Shown here piece by piece: positions 49,264-62,165 of a stretch of 64,000 bases of DNA. This DNA is from Dimargaris cristalligena (taxonomy: Eukaryota). Location of the stretch: positions 1 through 64,000 of the forward strand of contig ML002213.1 of NCBI GenBank assembly GCA_003614675.1, written 5' to 3'. The first letter of the stretch is position 1, and each line of letters starts with the position of its first letter. The notes beneath the pieces are model-generated. The model did no database searches and was not told the DNA's origin. It worked only from the letters and a program-made list of their open reading frames with translations. The translations under genes and the position numbers were made by a program.

Positions 49264-50244
49264 ATGAGCTTCCTACGACGATCCTTCATTTCCTTCAACC
49301 GTTTCCGCATCGACGCTGCCAAAACCCGTGGCCTCGAGGAATTCTACGAAAATGGAATCGCTCTCCCCAAAGACAAGACCGTAACTGGTACGCACCCCCT
49401 TTTCTCTTCATTTTTCACTGGGTTGGTCACAGGCGAGAGAGAGACATGTTCTTCTTAGTCTAGCCCGCTTGTCACCCGGTCCTTATTAAACTGGCTGATA
49501 TGACTACAGTAGCCCATGAATGGCCTAGGCTATCAAATTCGTAATATTAATTCTTTTAACCTCTAAGGAGGTGAGGATAATAATGGCTATACCCCCAGTT
49601 GAACCGCGATATCTCTCATTGCCCGTATTATCCCAATCTCCAGTGTGCCATATTAACACCTTATGCCCCCCTTTCATTTGTAACTATACCACTTTCTTAT
49701 GACCACTACCACCACCGTTCTCAACTCCCCAATCGCCCTCTACGAAAATCTGACTCATATTTAACAACAGGCCGTGCTTGGTTAGCCGCGGAGCTGCGCA
49801 ACAAGAGCTTCGAGGACCTCCAGAAGATATGGATTGTACTGCTCAAGGAACGTAATCTGCTGTCTACTCAGCGGGAAGAAGCCCGTGCCATGAAGCTGCA
49901 AAAGGAACATTTCACCAACACCTCTCGCATGGTGAAGGTAAGTAATATATATATATATATATATACTTTCTCGAGTCGTACCGTGGTCCTGATCATTAAT
50001 TAGCCTGGTATGCTACTATTCCTTGCATTCTTTTATCTATATTTATTTATAGGTTCGCAAATCAATGGCCCGCGTAAAGACGGTGCTGACGGAACGTTAC
50101 CACGCCCAGACAGCGGCCCTGAAAGAGAACGACCTCCCACCACTGAATGGGCAGCTTAGCGAGTCGACCCCCGCTGAGAGTGCCACTCCAGTCGCGGCCT
50201 CGACCTCATCTGCGACCCCCACCCCCGAGAAATCGACTGTGTAG
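49264..50244 (+). CDS. MRPL47: Mitochondrial ribosomal protein uL29m (MRPL47/yeast MRPL4), about 160 aa, 3 exons
   Basis: Exons 49264-49387, 49771-49937, 50053-50244. RGLEEFY...TGRAWLAAELRNKSFEDLQKIWIVLLKERNLL...KVRKSMARVKTVLTER, with an Arg/Ser/Phe-rich presequence. Confidence 0.92.
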
Positions 50245-51001
50245 TAGATAGAGCTATTCCCGTAGTTATACACCTCTCCCTCGGTGTTTACCAGCTAATT
50301 ATACCGTTAAAATCCCAGTAGGATGTGCTTTGCTTCTCTCTTTCACCATTTTCCGCCATTTGACCAACTTGATTATTTGACTATAAAAACGGAATTGGAA
50401 CTATTGCAAATGATTTTATAGGGAGAGGGCCATGCATTTGAATAATAATCTGAGGAGTTAGAAGCAGGTGGACGCGTATACACCAAGCCTTGCTATTTTA
50501 ACATCACGTGCCATTATTTCCCCCTTCAAAAAGGCGGGGAATAATAAGCAGAGGGGGGGGGGAGAGATGGGTTTCCCAAGTATACAACACCCATTAAAAT
50601 CCCCTCGGGCTCATTCGTATGCTTAAAGAGTGGATGATGGATATAGGCAATAATGGTCACCTAGTAGTAACTAGAGCATACTACTACTAATACTAAGGTT
50701 AATAAACAGAGTGCATACTTTAAGCCATAAATGATCTGTGAATCTAGAAAGCCCGCATAACCCCAGCAGCTTAGCAAGGCCCATTGAGATTCCTCGAATA
50801 GATCCTATATTCTGTTCGGTCCGGCGGAATTCCCTGACGCTGCTCAGCAAACTTTGTCCCATTGTCCTCAACTACTACTATCTTATGGACCTACGCTCTC
50901 TATAATCCTTTTAAAAATATCCCTTCAATCCCATTGTAAACCTCTCAACACCCAATTAGTCGATTTTTATTCATTTAAATTGGCATCCTCTATCGTATAA
51001 T

Positions 51002-51687
51002 ATGTTGGCTCTTCGTACTCGCATGACCGGTCTCTGGACCCGATGCGCCGCCGTCCGCCCGCTGGCCCGTTCCTACACGACCGCCACTGAATCTATTTCC
51101 CCCTCTACCGCCGCCAGCGAGTCTGATCTGTCGACTACTGCGAGCCCCGTTACCGTGTCAGTCCCCACAGGTAAGGTGCCAGGTAACCCTACTTCTCCTC
51201 CAGCCCGAAGCCTAGTCCAGCGGTGAATGGTGGGTTCATGTACCCTTCCCCAATACATGTATATCCCCACTATACTTAGGGTATACAATATGCTAGCTGA
51301 TAACGACTATCCGCAAGGTCTCCCCAAATAACTAATTTAGACCCTATGGGTTGATCTATACTGCCACATTGTTTACTGGAACACCCAACCCAATTCCGTT
51401 GTTCTTCACTCTCCCTCTACATAGCCGAGACCCTCCCCAGCCTTCCCTACAGCGTACTGCGCACCACCAACAAGAACCTGCCCGTCTACACCGATATCCG
51501 TAACGGTCGCACGCGCCGCCTCACTCTGGTCCGTCGTATTTTTGGCAACACCGAGGAACTCAAAAACGAACTGATGGACTACTTGAAAAGTAAGGACGTT
51601 TCCATTCGGAAAACGACCGGCCATATTTGGATCAAGGGGGACCGGCGGGTGGATGTGTTGAAGTTCCTGAACGAGAAGGGTTTCTAA
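51002..51687 (+). CDS. IMG2: Mitochondrial ribosomal protein mL49 (MRPL49/Img2), about 143 aa, 2 exons
   Basis: Exons 51002-51170 and 51425-51687 (phase 1). Presequence MLALRTRMTGLWTRCAAVRPLARSY, then LPYSVLRTTNKNLPVYTDIRNGRTRRLTLVRRIFGN...GHIWIKGDRRVDVLKFLNEKGF*. Confidence 0.9.
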
Positions 51688-52635
51688 AAATTCAAAACGA
51701 GGGATAGTAATCGGAGCGGGAGCAAGGACAGGAACGAATGCAAGGGCCACATGATATCCATATCAGTAGCTTTATTCCCCATCCCATCCCTTCCGTTCCC
51801 TTCCATTACACTCCATCTTAGTTTATTAAAGAAATCACCAAATAGACGGGAAAACTGGTATTAGTTGTGGTTGAATCTTGATGCAATTTTTTTTAGGCGA
51901 ATAAGTTATGCCACCTGTTCGCAAAGAACCAGGTATGTTCAAACGTACTCATCCTTAAGTATTTCTTACCTACCGGCCTTTTATTCTGGGGTATTTCTTC
52001 AATTAATATGTTGTAATAAATCACACCAATCCGCAAAAATGAAAGGCTTACCGGGTTGGGTTTCAACCATTCGCATTACTATCCTCCCCTTTAGCTGATA
52101 TTCGGCTTATAATACAAGTTTGTAGAGAGATGGCCTAGGCGGAAGCAGAGGTAAGGTAAATATCGAATTCATTCAATAGGACTAAATAAATTAAAAACAA
52201 AATTAGAGCAGATAAACAGACAGACACATTGATGGATAAACAGAGACAACTATAAGATAAGAGACTGTAGCACTACTAGTCTAGTCTCCTCGAAAAAGAA
52301 ATTCACAACAAAACAAGCAATCTATAAAAACCAGCATACACTTGACGGTCCTATAAATTTCAACGGTAATTGAAATACCCCAGACTCATCGGCCAAAATA
52401 TACTTAAATTCGACCCACGGTGAACATATTAAAATGGTTCGCAGATGTTCACGGTCATTGGTGCTATATACGACTCTTCGCCTAGAGTAACCAGGGTAGT
52501 TCGAAGGAGGGGGGTGAGGGTTGATAGGAAATGATGGAGTGAGGTGAACCACCTATTCCACTTTATTTCGGCTTGATATCACTTGAGCACTCCTCCTCTC
52601 TTCATCCGGTCCCCTTTTTCTATGGTCGGCTAGAG

Positions 52636-55600
52636 TTAGAATAGCCGGTTAAGGAATCCCGACTTCTTGCTACTAGTGCTAGCTGGCATCTTCTGCGACT
52701 GGGAACCCGCCGATGAGTGACCATAGATCCTTACGCTACCCCCAGCACTTCCACTGGGTGGCTGGCCGTAGCTTCCGGCATTATTGTAGGTGCGCTGATC
52801 AGGACCCGAACCCGGTCGCAAGGGGGATGTGGAGGACTGGGCCACTGGTCTACGTTGCGCCTGGTCGGCATAGGCCGAGCCCCCGCTGGTCGAATGCGGA
52901 TAATTACGCTGTGGGGATGAACGGCCCATGGTACCGCCCGCCTCGTGCATGCCCATCCGGCTAAAACTGTTGGCCAGGCCGGATGATTCACTCGCGTACG
53001 CTGACGAGGATCCTGGCGGGGGCATCTGGGTGGTGTTGCGGGATGGATAAGCCTGGAAGTCAGCGGACAGGGGGCTGGGGGAAGAATAGTAATGCTGGCG
53101 TTGGGGCCGTTGACCGCTGGCGCTGGGCTGGCTATCGTATGAGTTGGATGAGGACATGGGTGGGGGTTGGCGCCGGGAACTAGGCGGAACGGGTGATGAC
53201 GCCACCGAACTAGGTCCGTACTTGGAGTTCGGTGAGGGTGTTTGTCGCTCGTAAGAGGCCGGCGACTGAGCGCCACTGCCACTCTTGGCGTAGGAACCAA
53301 CGGCAGGCCGCATGGAATTCATACTGGAAGTGTGGCTGCCTGTTGTACTGTCATAATCTGGATGCGGGGACGAATAATTGGAATTGGGCGATGAGATTGG
53401 TGGCGATGTGGCCGTGGATTTAGAAGGCGATCCACTTCCGAATCGGGAGGAGAAGAACCCCCGTTTGGATGACGCCAACGACGACGGAGTGCCCGCGGAT
53501 GCGGCAGTAGAAGCAACCGTGGATGAAGGGCCCGCCGGACTTCCCCCGGGCACTTCACTGAGACCACTAAGTTCATGCAGAAATGCCCGGGGGGTAAATA
53601 CATGCGTGCTGCCTAGGTAGACATCCCACCCGAAGGACGCGCTCAGTTCGTAGATGGTTCGCACTTCAGAATAGGTAATACCACCCACCACAAAGACGAA
53701 CAGGCGGCCGCCCGATGCCGACGACTGGGAGGGGATGCGGCGCATATCGGCGCTTAGGGAAGCACTGCTGCCACCAGCGCCCATCATTCCGCCGGCACCC
53801 CCACCGGCCGGGTGGGCCCAGGTAGCCTTTACCGTTCGTAGAGATTTACGGGGCACGGCGGACTGCAGGGCCTTCGTATCCTTCGGAGGTTTGACCAGAG
53901 GGTATTCGTTGACATCCAAACGTCCCGAAAGTTGGTCCTCAATGACTTTTTTGAGGTTCGGCACATAGCGAGAGAGAGTGTAGGCGTCATCCACCGTGGG
54001 TTCTTCAGGGCGGGCGCGGAAAGATTGCTTCAGGCGGCCTAGCAGATTATCCTCGCCGACGGGTGCCGGGACAGGTGGGGGAACCTTGTCAAACTGGAAA
54101 CCTAGGGCGGCAAGATTTTCCACCGCCTCTCGGTGCTTGCTGCCCAACCGCGCAATCTGGAGCAATTTTTGACGGTCGGCGCTGCACATTGTCCCGTTTT
54201 TAGCAGTGAAATGTAGCATAAGAAGGCGCAGCTTGTCCATCGAACTGGAGGTGTATGGCCGAAATAAAACGGGGGAAGGGATAGGAGACACCGAGGCGGT
54301 ATGGAGTGAAAGGGAAGGGGCAGATGCGACAATCACGGTTAGATGGAGGGATTGACAAGGGGGGTGCTTAAATATTAGGGATGGTGATCAATACAATCTA
54401 TGGCCCACCCTCACAATAGACAATTAAATCCTTAATTACGCTAAAAATAGCCAGTGTAAAAGAAAATCGCACCGATCTTACCTGATCGAGTCATTGTCGA
54501 GCAGTGGAAACATCTCCATTTCAAGGTTTCGCATAATTTCGCCCTCGGCCGTTTTGCCAGTGGCTAAAATCTGGGATCCACAACGAGAGGAATAGTCAAT
54601 GTATAAAATTCTCGGAATGTCAATTCAATGTTCGGCGATTGATAGCCCGAAAGTCCGCATATTCTAAAAGATTTCCCTACGGTCTAGAACCAGATTGGTA
54701 AATAGAATCGTGGTATCAGGCTCCTCCCCACTTCTTCATCTCGGTTGGGAGTTATCCCTATGTCCTTACTTGTTCAATATTGGCCAAATCGGGCAATTGG
54801 CCTTGACCGAACCTCACGAAGCACTCGTGCATCATGGTGTGGTGGGCGGTAAATTGACCCAATTCTCGTTCGTATTCCTTCATGGAGCCTACCACGGTGC
54901 GGAGGTGACTGACAGACACCTTTTCGCTATGGGGGACAATGAGAAAAAGGCCAAGCCCAAAGGCAATTGGTTTAGCATAAATACCGTGGGATATGGGTTA
55001 GGAGAATCCGTCAAAGTTTCATAAATCCGTATATCCGCGACATTGGCATACACGCTCCCCTTGGCGGCCAGCTCAGAACTGATAAGTGGGTATACTAGAT
55101 GAAATCAATCATCTAACTTACCCTTTCTTGGTCATGGTCTTATTTTGCTTCTCAAGCTCAGCCTGTTTCTTCTCAATGTACTCCTTGACATCCACAATGT
55201 GTTTATGCCGGCAGTCCATCCAGATGGGATCCTTTTCGTCCAGAACAGCTTCCTTCTGCACGACGCCCTGGCCCGTTTCGGCCTCGTAGCTATAGAGGCG
55301 ACCGTCTTTGATGTCCAGCAAATCATTGGCCATCGCTTGGTAGGTGAATTCGTGTAGGAATGGGGTGTACAGGTCTACGGACCGGTCGAGAATTAGAAAC
55401 ACAGTCTGACCGTCGGTGGTTTTCTATGAAGCCAATATAGATTAGGGAATGGTTGTAATAAGGGGCTGATTAATTGCATTTCCAAAAAGTAATATGCGTA
55501 TATTATTACCTAGTATCCGTGATAACTAGCGGAATGATATCACCCCAGGGGCCATACCGGTCCTTACCTCAAAGTCTTGGTGATTCGTGAGGAATTTATC

Positions 55601-56511
55601 CATTTCAATTTGGAAGAGCATGGCCAACTGTCGGGACAGCGTACAGGTGTTGTATTCGTAGTCGGGTTGATGATAGCGGATCAATGGGCTAATTTGCATA
55701 GCGGCGCATAGGGACACCATCTGGCGGGCAATTTGCTCCATTTCCATCGCGGCCCGCTCGGGAACCTGGGGTGAAAACAGGTTGTAAAACGTCTGGGATG
55801 AACTCTCGGTGCGATACACTAAGGGTTCCACCACCCGGAAATTGACGTAGAGCTCATTGAGGGTCTTGAGGAGCTGGGCCGGAATGGAAGTCTGCAATTG
55901 GCGGAAGAGCGTGTCATCCAATTCATAGGTGAACAGAATGTGGCAGGCACTATAGGCTGCGGGGGAAGTAGTAGTAGCGGAGTTCTGGGACCTGCCACGG
56001 CTGGACTGTTGACCCTTGGACGAAAAGACCTGGCAGATACGAGCCACTACCTGAGGAGTAGGGGTCACGAAGTAAATCACCTCGGTCCCAGGCTGTGGGT
56101 TAACGGGCTCATTGATGTGGACTATGCCCGAAATACCCCCTGTACAGATTTCACTATTGCTTAAGCAGGAATTGAGCAAGGTCAGAGTCCGGTCATCGAC
56201 GGCGATAACTTTGGGGCCATAGGAAGTGCTGTCAGCCTTTTTGATAGCGCCGAGAATTTCTGAGGGGATACATTAGGTAGGTTGGGAACGAATAGTCGGT
56301 TGCAGGGTTAGGACGCATAAGTACGAGGCGGGAGAGTAAGGCCAAGGCGGGTAAAGGTTTAGGTGCAGGCCCAGGCGGGGTATGGGGCCGACGTATGTCC
56401 GCCTCCCATCGGCTGTAAACAGACAGTTGGGCTGAGGAGGCGTACCTTCGGCCACTGAATTAGAGGGAACTTACTAGAGCGAAGGATGTCCTTGAGCTGG
56501 TTGTGGTACAT
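52636..56511 (-). CDS. SEC1: Sec1/Munc18 (SM) family exocytic protein, about 961 aa, 6 exons
   Basis: Exons 56511-56475, 56259-55568, 55423-55122, 54926-54770, 54570-54482, 54244-52636. Motifs KVIAVDD, EVIYFVTP, LILDRSVDLYTPFLHEFTYQAMANDLL, WMDCRHKHI, EQILATG, DKLRLLML, YTLSRYVP, LFVFVVGGITYSEVR, LGSTHVFTP, plus a long S/P-rich fungal-type tail. Confidence 0.93.
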
Positions 56512-56942
56512 GGTTCACCGGACCCAGGCGAGGGAGCATATATATATATATATATAGAGGTCTATTTATATATTTCGCAATGTGTAACAGGCACTCAAGA
56601 GCGGAGTAGCTGGAGTGAGTGGGCGGTATATAGCAAATAGTAAATAAATAAATATGTAGTAGAGGGGGAGAAGGAAGTAGTGGTGGTTGGCATACACAGA
56701 AAGCAAGGACAACGATGGAGAAGGCTAGGCAGATGAGACCATTGCAAGCGAAGGAAAGAACAACTTCAAGCTGGAAGAGACGCACGCACCCTGACCAGAA
56801 GAGAGGAAGACCGGCTAACAAAGGCAAGGTTAGGCACAGAACGGAGCAGCCGCCACACGAACCACGGGGAACGAAACTGTGCCCATCCTATATGCCTCAC
56901 TCTAGTTGTGGACTATGCCCTCCATTCAATACCACCCATACA

Positions 56943-56969
<27 letters not shown>
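56943..56969. repeat. (TA)n microsatellite in the SEC1/NAA10 divergent intergenic region
   Basis: Perfect AT run followed by (AC)n. Confidence 0.9.
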
Positions 56970-56974
<5 letters not shown>

Positions 56975-57235
56975 CCATCATTAATAGCTGGTGGTGGTTG
57001 GCTGGTCTTTCCCGTGCTTATGCGCATACACTTTAACAGAGACACTGTATGCCCAAAAAAAGGCTTACTAGGTCCATAAACTCCCCACTATCCCCAAGTG
57101 AAAAGAATTCCATACTATTCGAGACCCTTACCCTCATTCCATCCCACTCTCTTCATGGACTTGTCCTATAGTTTGAATTCCTTCGCCTATTTTCCCTCGA
57201 TCTTCCCTCCACCGTCCTAGTAGTAACGTATAGCC

Positions 57236-58427
57236 ATGAACCTCAGACAAGCAACGGTAAGCATTTTGAATCCCCGGTCCGATTCGGATTCACCCCTAAC
57301 CGCAGGGCTACCGGCTCCCTTGACCCGTGGGCGGCCCGGTGGAATCACCCGTAATATTATTCAACAACACTGACTGACCTAATCCGCATGTCCTCTACTC
57401 CAACCGTTAAACGGGTACACCGGCAATTATATACCCTGCCCATTTCCGGGTTCTCCTCGTATAAAGGCCGACGACCTGCTGGGTATGCAGAACTGCAACC
57501 TACATAACCTGCCCGAAAACTACCAACTGAAATACTGTAAGTTATTTTACACTAGCCACTTTTATGGGCCGAAGATTCCCTCCCTTATTATACGGCCCAT
57601 TGTTTGCTATAACCCGAGTATCGCCTCTTAATGTATCCCTCTTGTATCGGCCTCGACTAATACTCGCCTGCAACTCTCGACTTTCCGATTTTATCCTATC
57701 AAGATCTGTATCATATTGCCACTTGGCCCCAACTGTCTTTTGTTGCTGAAGACGATAATGGTCGGATCGTGGGTTATGTGCTCGCTAAAATGTACGTTTT
57801 TAATAGAATTTCCACCTGCCATATCGACGACTTTGGCTATCTATTGGCATTCTTAAATCACACGTAGTTGCCAGCTTCCATAAATTCACACCGGAGGGCA
57901 CTGTCATCTACATTACGCTATTTTGCAAAAAATCTCATCGCTATTTTTTGGATTCCACTATCTGATTTTCTTTGACTTAGGGACGAGGAACCTGGCCAGG
58001 TGGCGCACGGGCATATCACATCGCTATCGGTTATGCGCAATTACCGGCGACTTGGTCTGGCCGAGAAACTGATGAAGCTATCCCGTAAGTACACTTTATT
58101 TTCTAAATCGTGCCAATTGACTCATGTCTAGATACGGCCATGTCCACCTAACTCCCTTTCTATATATATATTTTGCCATACCAATTCCCATTTGCTAACC
58201 CAATTGCTTTGCATATGCATGAATCAAATTTATCCCACCGAATAATAGAGAGGGCGATGGTCGAAACATTCAACGCCGAATACGCTTCTCTACATGTTCG
58301 CAAGAACAACACCGCGGCCTTCAGTTTGTACAAAGATAACCTCAAGTTTTCTATCCATGAAGTGGAAAAAGGCTATTATGCCGACGGAGAAGATGCCTAC
58401 GACATGCGCTTGACGTTTCGTAAATGA
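57236..58427 (+). CDS. ARD1: N-alpha-acetyltransferase NatA catalytic subunit (Naa10/Ard1), 153 aa, 5 exons
   Basis: Exons 57236-57256, 57467-57536, 57704-57791, 57981-58084, 58249-58427. [31 protein letters not shown]...IVGYVLAKM...[23 protein letters not shown]...SLHVRK.N.AA..LY...[11 protein letters not shown]. Confidence 0.95.
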
Positions 58428-58806
58428 TGAGCTACTTCGACTTCGTCATCAACTTGGTACTATACGACTAGCAGTGCAGCCTCCTTCTAATCCACCTCTT
58501 TCAGCCACCCGCATAACTGGATTTTCGTAATGGATAAGGCATATCCTAAGTAACCAAGCTTTAATAGATTGGCATTAAAAAAAGGACCATCCTGTGAGTC
58601 AATTGTATTATGTATTCACATGAACTGTCGTTACGTTATTTGGTAAAAATGCCAAAGTGCCCTCAAAAATAAAGGCACCGATACCAAAGCAGGGGCGTAC
58701 ATCACCCCTATACTAAAATGAATACTCGTTAATATAACTAAAATATAATGGGTCTAATGGAATAGTAGGACGAGGCGCTAGCCAGGGAGTAGTCAACCAA
58801 TACATG

Positions 58807-60507
58807 CTAAATGTAGTGCTTTCCATTTATATAGTACACCTTAGGCCTGGGGCGTTTGTCAGCAGTAAACTTGGTGACCACACTTAGGGGAATATCGGTG
58901 TTAGCAGGGTTAACTCCAGGAGCAGAAATGTGGGGCAGGTCAGTCACATTTTCCATTGGATCGGAGGCCTTATCAGCAGGCTTAACGGTAGGTTCCCAAT
59001 CAACCGCCTCATTAACGGCGTGGCTCTCGCCCACCATGCGGGCCGACACAGGCAAGAACAAATGGCCATCTGGTGTATTTATAAACATGCGGGGGTTAAG
59101 CAACATTCTCTTGAAACACCGCTGCATCGATGCACCGTAATTGTAATTCTGCAATTGGTAAGGGTCATGAGTAAACGGTTCCCGGTTTACTTTCGCCAAA
59201 ACGTCGCGCTTGAATTGGTCAGCCTCCAGGCTGCACTCAGCGACCCATCCCCCCTGTCCCTCCGGCAATTCTAGAACCCACTTTTGGGTCAGCGTATCTA
59301 CAATCGACTGGGTGTTCTTCGAGTTGAGGTCCATGCCGAACACCAAACTACTTAAAAATACGGCCTGGCCCAGCACCGTAGAACGGAGGTTGCCCAACTG
59401 TGCTTCTTGTTTGGGGTCCGAGAGATGGGCCACAAAGGCTTCTAAACTGGCCAACTTGTTCAGATAGAGGTGGTAGACCATGATGGTAGGAATAACGTGA
59501 CTAAACGTGAATGAGTCGCACACCATGGCCTGTTGCACTTCATTGAGATCTTGAACTGCCGTGGTGCCATCAGCAGCGGTGGTTGGGCCGTGGAAAAAGT
59601 ACTCGGGAATTTCCCGACGAGCGACTTCGGGAAGGGCATTCACCATAGTCCAATATAAATTTCCCCGCACGGTCTCGTTGAGTAAATACTCCACTAACGT
59701 TTCCATCGCCATGGTATCATCCTCACGAACCAACGACATAAGGGGAAACAGCCGCTCACGATCCAGGGGAAAAAAAGTACCCAATTCAATATAGCCAATA
59801 TCCAAGTCCGATTTTGTAGGGTCGTTGGGTTTCACCCGGTGGGTTGCATAGGATGAGCTACGCCAGAAGAGGTGATCATTGTACTCCGAAAATAAGTCGT
59901 CCTCGGTGACGACCAGACTCCCATGCACGTATATAGGAAAGTTCACCGATTGGCGATGCGCCTGGTTATCCTTGAGCAGTGCCAGATACGGCAGAAAAAG
60001 GCTTTCCAACCAGACAATGTGGGAGTTAGCGGAGTTGGCCGGACCCACATCACCCGTCACTGTCAAAGCCGGACTGGAATTGGCGGTGGACGTCATCGGC
60101 GTGGTAGGGTTGGAGAGATTGGTTTCCACCAGGGTATTGAACGAGCCGGCTAAATTGGTCCTAGACTGATAAATATCCAATTTTCCAGGCAAGCGAGAAA
60201 CCCGTATATACAAAAACAATAACACATACGTACCGAAATTAGATCCTATAAAAACATGGCGAAACGGCGTATACCAACATAACTATGCTGGCGACCACGA
60301 ATCTACGAGTAAGCCTAAAAATCAACCACCTATGCCTTCACTTATCTCGATTAAATAAATATATATTGTAGGCCCTTTTAAATTTACCTGACCCAGTCGA
60401 TTGTTTAATAGGCCTTTAATCTTGTCGAAAATCGGGCTACCTGAGGCCTGGGCGGCAAGCAAGCTGCTAATCAGGAGCACGCGACCCCAGTATTTGATTC
60501 CGGGCAT
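58807..60507 (-). CDS. Secreted protein of unrecognised family (paralogue A), about 492 aa, 2 exons
   Basis: Exon 1 60507-60388 (MPGIKYWGRVLLISSLLAAQASG-SPIFDKIK..., GTAAAT donor, phase 0), exon 2 60165-58807 (CAG acceptor, long open frame). Aligns by eye with 62166-63601. Confidence 0.8.
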
Positions 60508-61272
60508 ATTGTATGAATAATAGCGGGCCGTACGTAATATTTCGGTAATGGGGATTTCGGCAACAAATGTTGGTCACCTGATAGACTAGAAAAGTAGAGA
60601 ATGCCCTGTCGCGGGAGGCAAGGAAAAATCAGATACAGACAAAGGAACAGGATTGGGGTGGATTCATTTCCAAACATAGAAAATGGGCGCGGTTTTATAC
60701 CGGTGAAGCGAGGAGGAAAACCCCGAATAAATGTGACAACTGTCAATTTTTTTTAACCAACAAAAAAAAAGGGGGGGCTGTCCGCAAACACGAGAAAAAT
60801 AATAAAAATATTGTAGGGATTTGTAATCAGATATGGTAGTTAAAATCAATAAAAATATACTATAAACTACAGATACAGCGGGGTGGGCGTACGCCAAAAC
60901 TAAGTGGAAAAGGATGGGATAGCGGAAGTCCTATATATATGTGTGCACTTAATGGTACGGCAGTGCTATAGGGGGGTTTGCGGACTAATGGCATCGAGAA
61001 AGGACTAACGAAAAACGCTATTCGCTGTTTTCAGCTCTACCTGTGCCACCATACCCCTACAAAAATGGTCCAATTATAAATAACTATTTGCCTGGATTGG
61101 AGGATGCCAAAAAAGCGACCATGGTCTAGCCATCCATAAGAACCCGCTCAACCGCGCCGAGGGGTACAAAAGACTGTGCACGGTTCATTGTAGAGCTGTT
61201 GTTCGACCATTTAGGCTTATCAATGACGAGTACGAAGGCACGCGTCCGGGTCATAGTATATGTATACAGCGG

Positions 61273-61417
61273 TTTAGGGGGAAATCATTACAGTTGTACA
61301 GCAGAAAAAATAATAATTAACGAGACCGGTTTTAAAGGTTGGCAAAAAATATTATAAACTATTCTCCCATAGGCATTTCACCCGAAATACCATACAAATG
61401 AGATGAATGTCACCCAT
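61273..61417 (+). mobile_element. Highly degenerate MITE-like copy 6
   Basis: TTTAGGGGGAAATCATTACAGTTGTACAGCAGAAAAAAT...TATTCTCCCATA...CCATACAAATGAGATGAATGTCACCCAT shows both end motifs at about 145-bp spacing. Confidence 0.4.
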
Positions 61418-62165
61418 TAACAGATGATAGGGGTGATGGGGTCAGAAAGCAAGTAAAACACATATGAAGTCGCCCATGCATGATAATAAGGGCGACTTAA
61501 ATGTAATATTGGGCTCCTCAACTGACCAAATAAACTCCAGTCTGACATCGCCTACGGCCTTTAGCCGACTCCCACTCCAATACTCCTCAACCCATTTTTG
61601 ATAATCCGAGTGTGCGCATTGCAAAACACGAAATAAGTAATATAGACGGATCAGGCCCCCGGGTTTTAGCCACGCATACCCCAAAGTTCTACAATTGTCA
61701 TTCGTAGCCACAGTAAATTGGGCCACTGGATTGCACCCAAATTCTTTGTGTGTCATTTAAATTTAACAATGGCTTAACTTTTGAAAAGGGTACATCTTGA
61801 CGTTGCCTATCAAGCAAACAGGGTTATTAAGTAAAGACCCCGTTTCCGACGGGTGTTCTCGTTAAAAGTCTAAATATAGTTAAACATTCGCTGGGCCCCA
61901 AGTAAATATAAGACTTTTATTTGTAAGGCTTCTAACAATCACCCATTAGAGCTCCAACAGATTAATATAACCTGGGTTAGAATGTATGGACCAGGCAAGG
62001 TACTGCCAAAAAAAAAATACGGGCTATCCATGGAGCATGATTTATTGAAGCAGGGTGATGAAGACTATACATCTAAACTTACATGGACAAACATCTCCAC
62101 CAGATTTTGTAGGGAGAAACATGTGTCGGGCCATACGAATGTAATGGTTTAAAACAAATAGTGCT

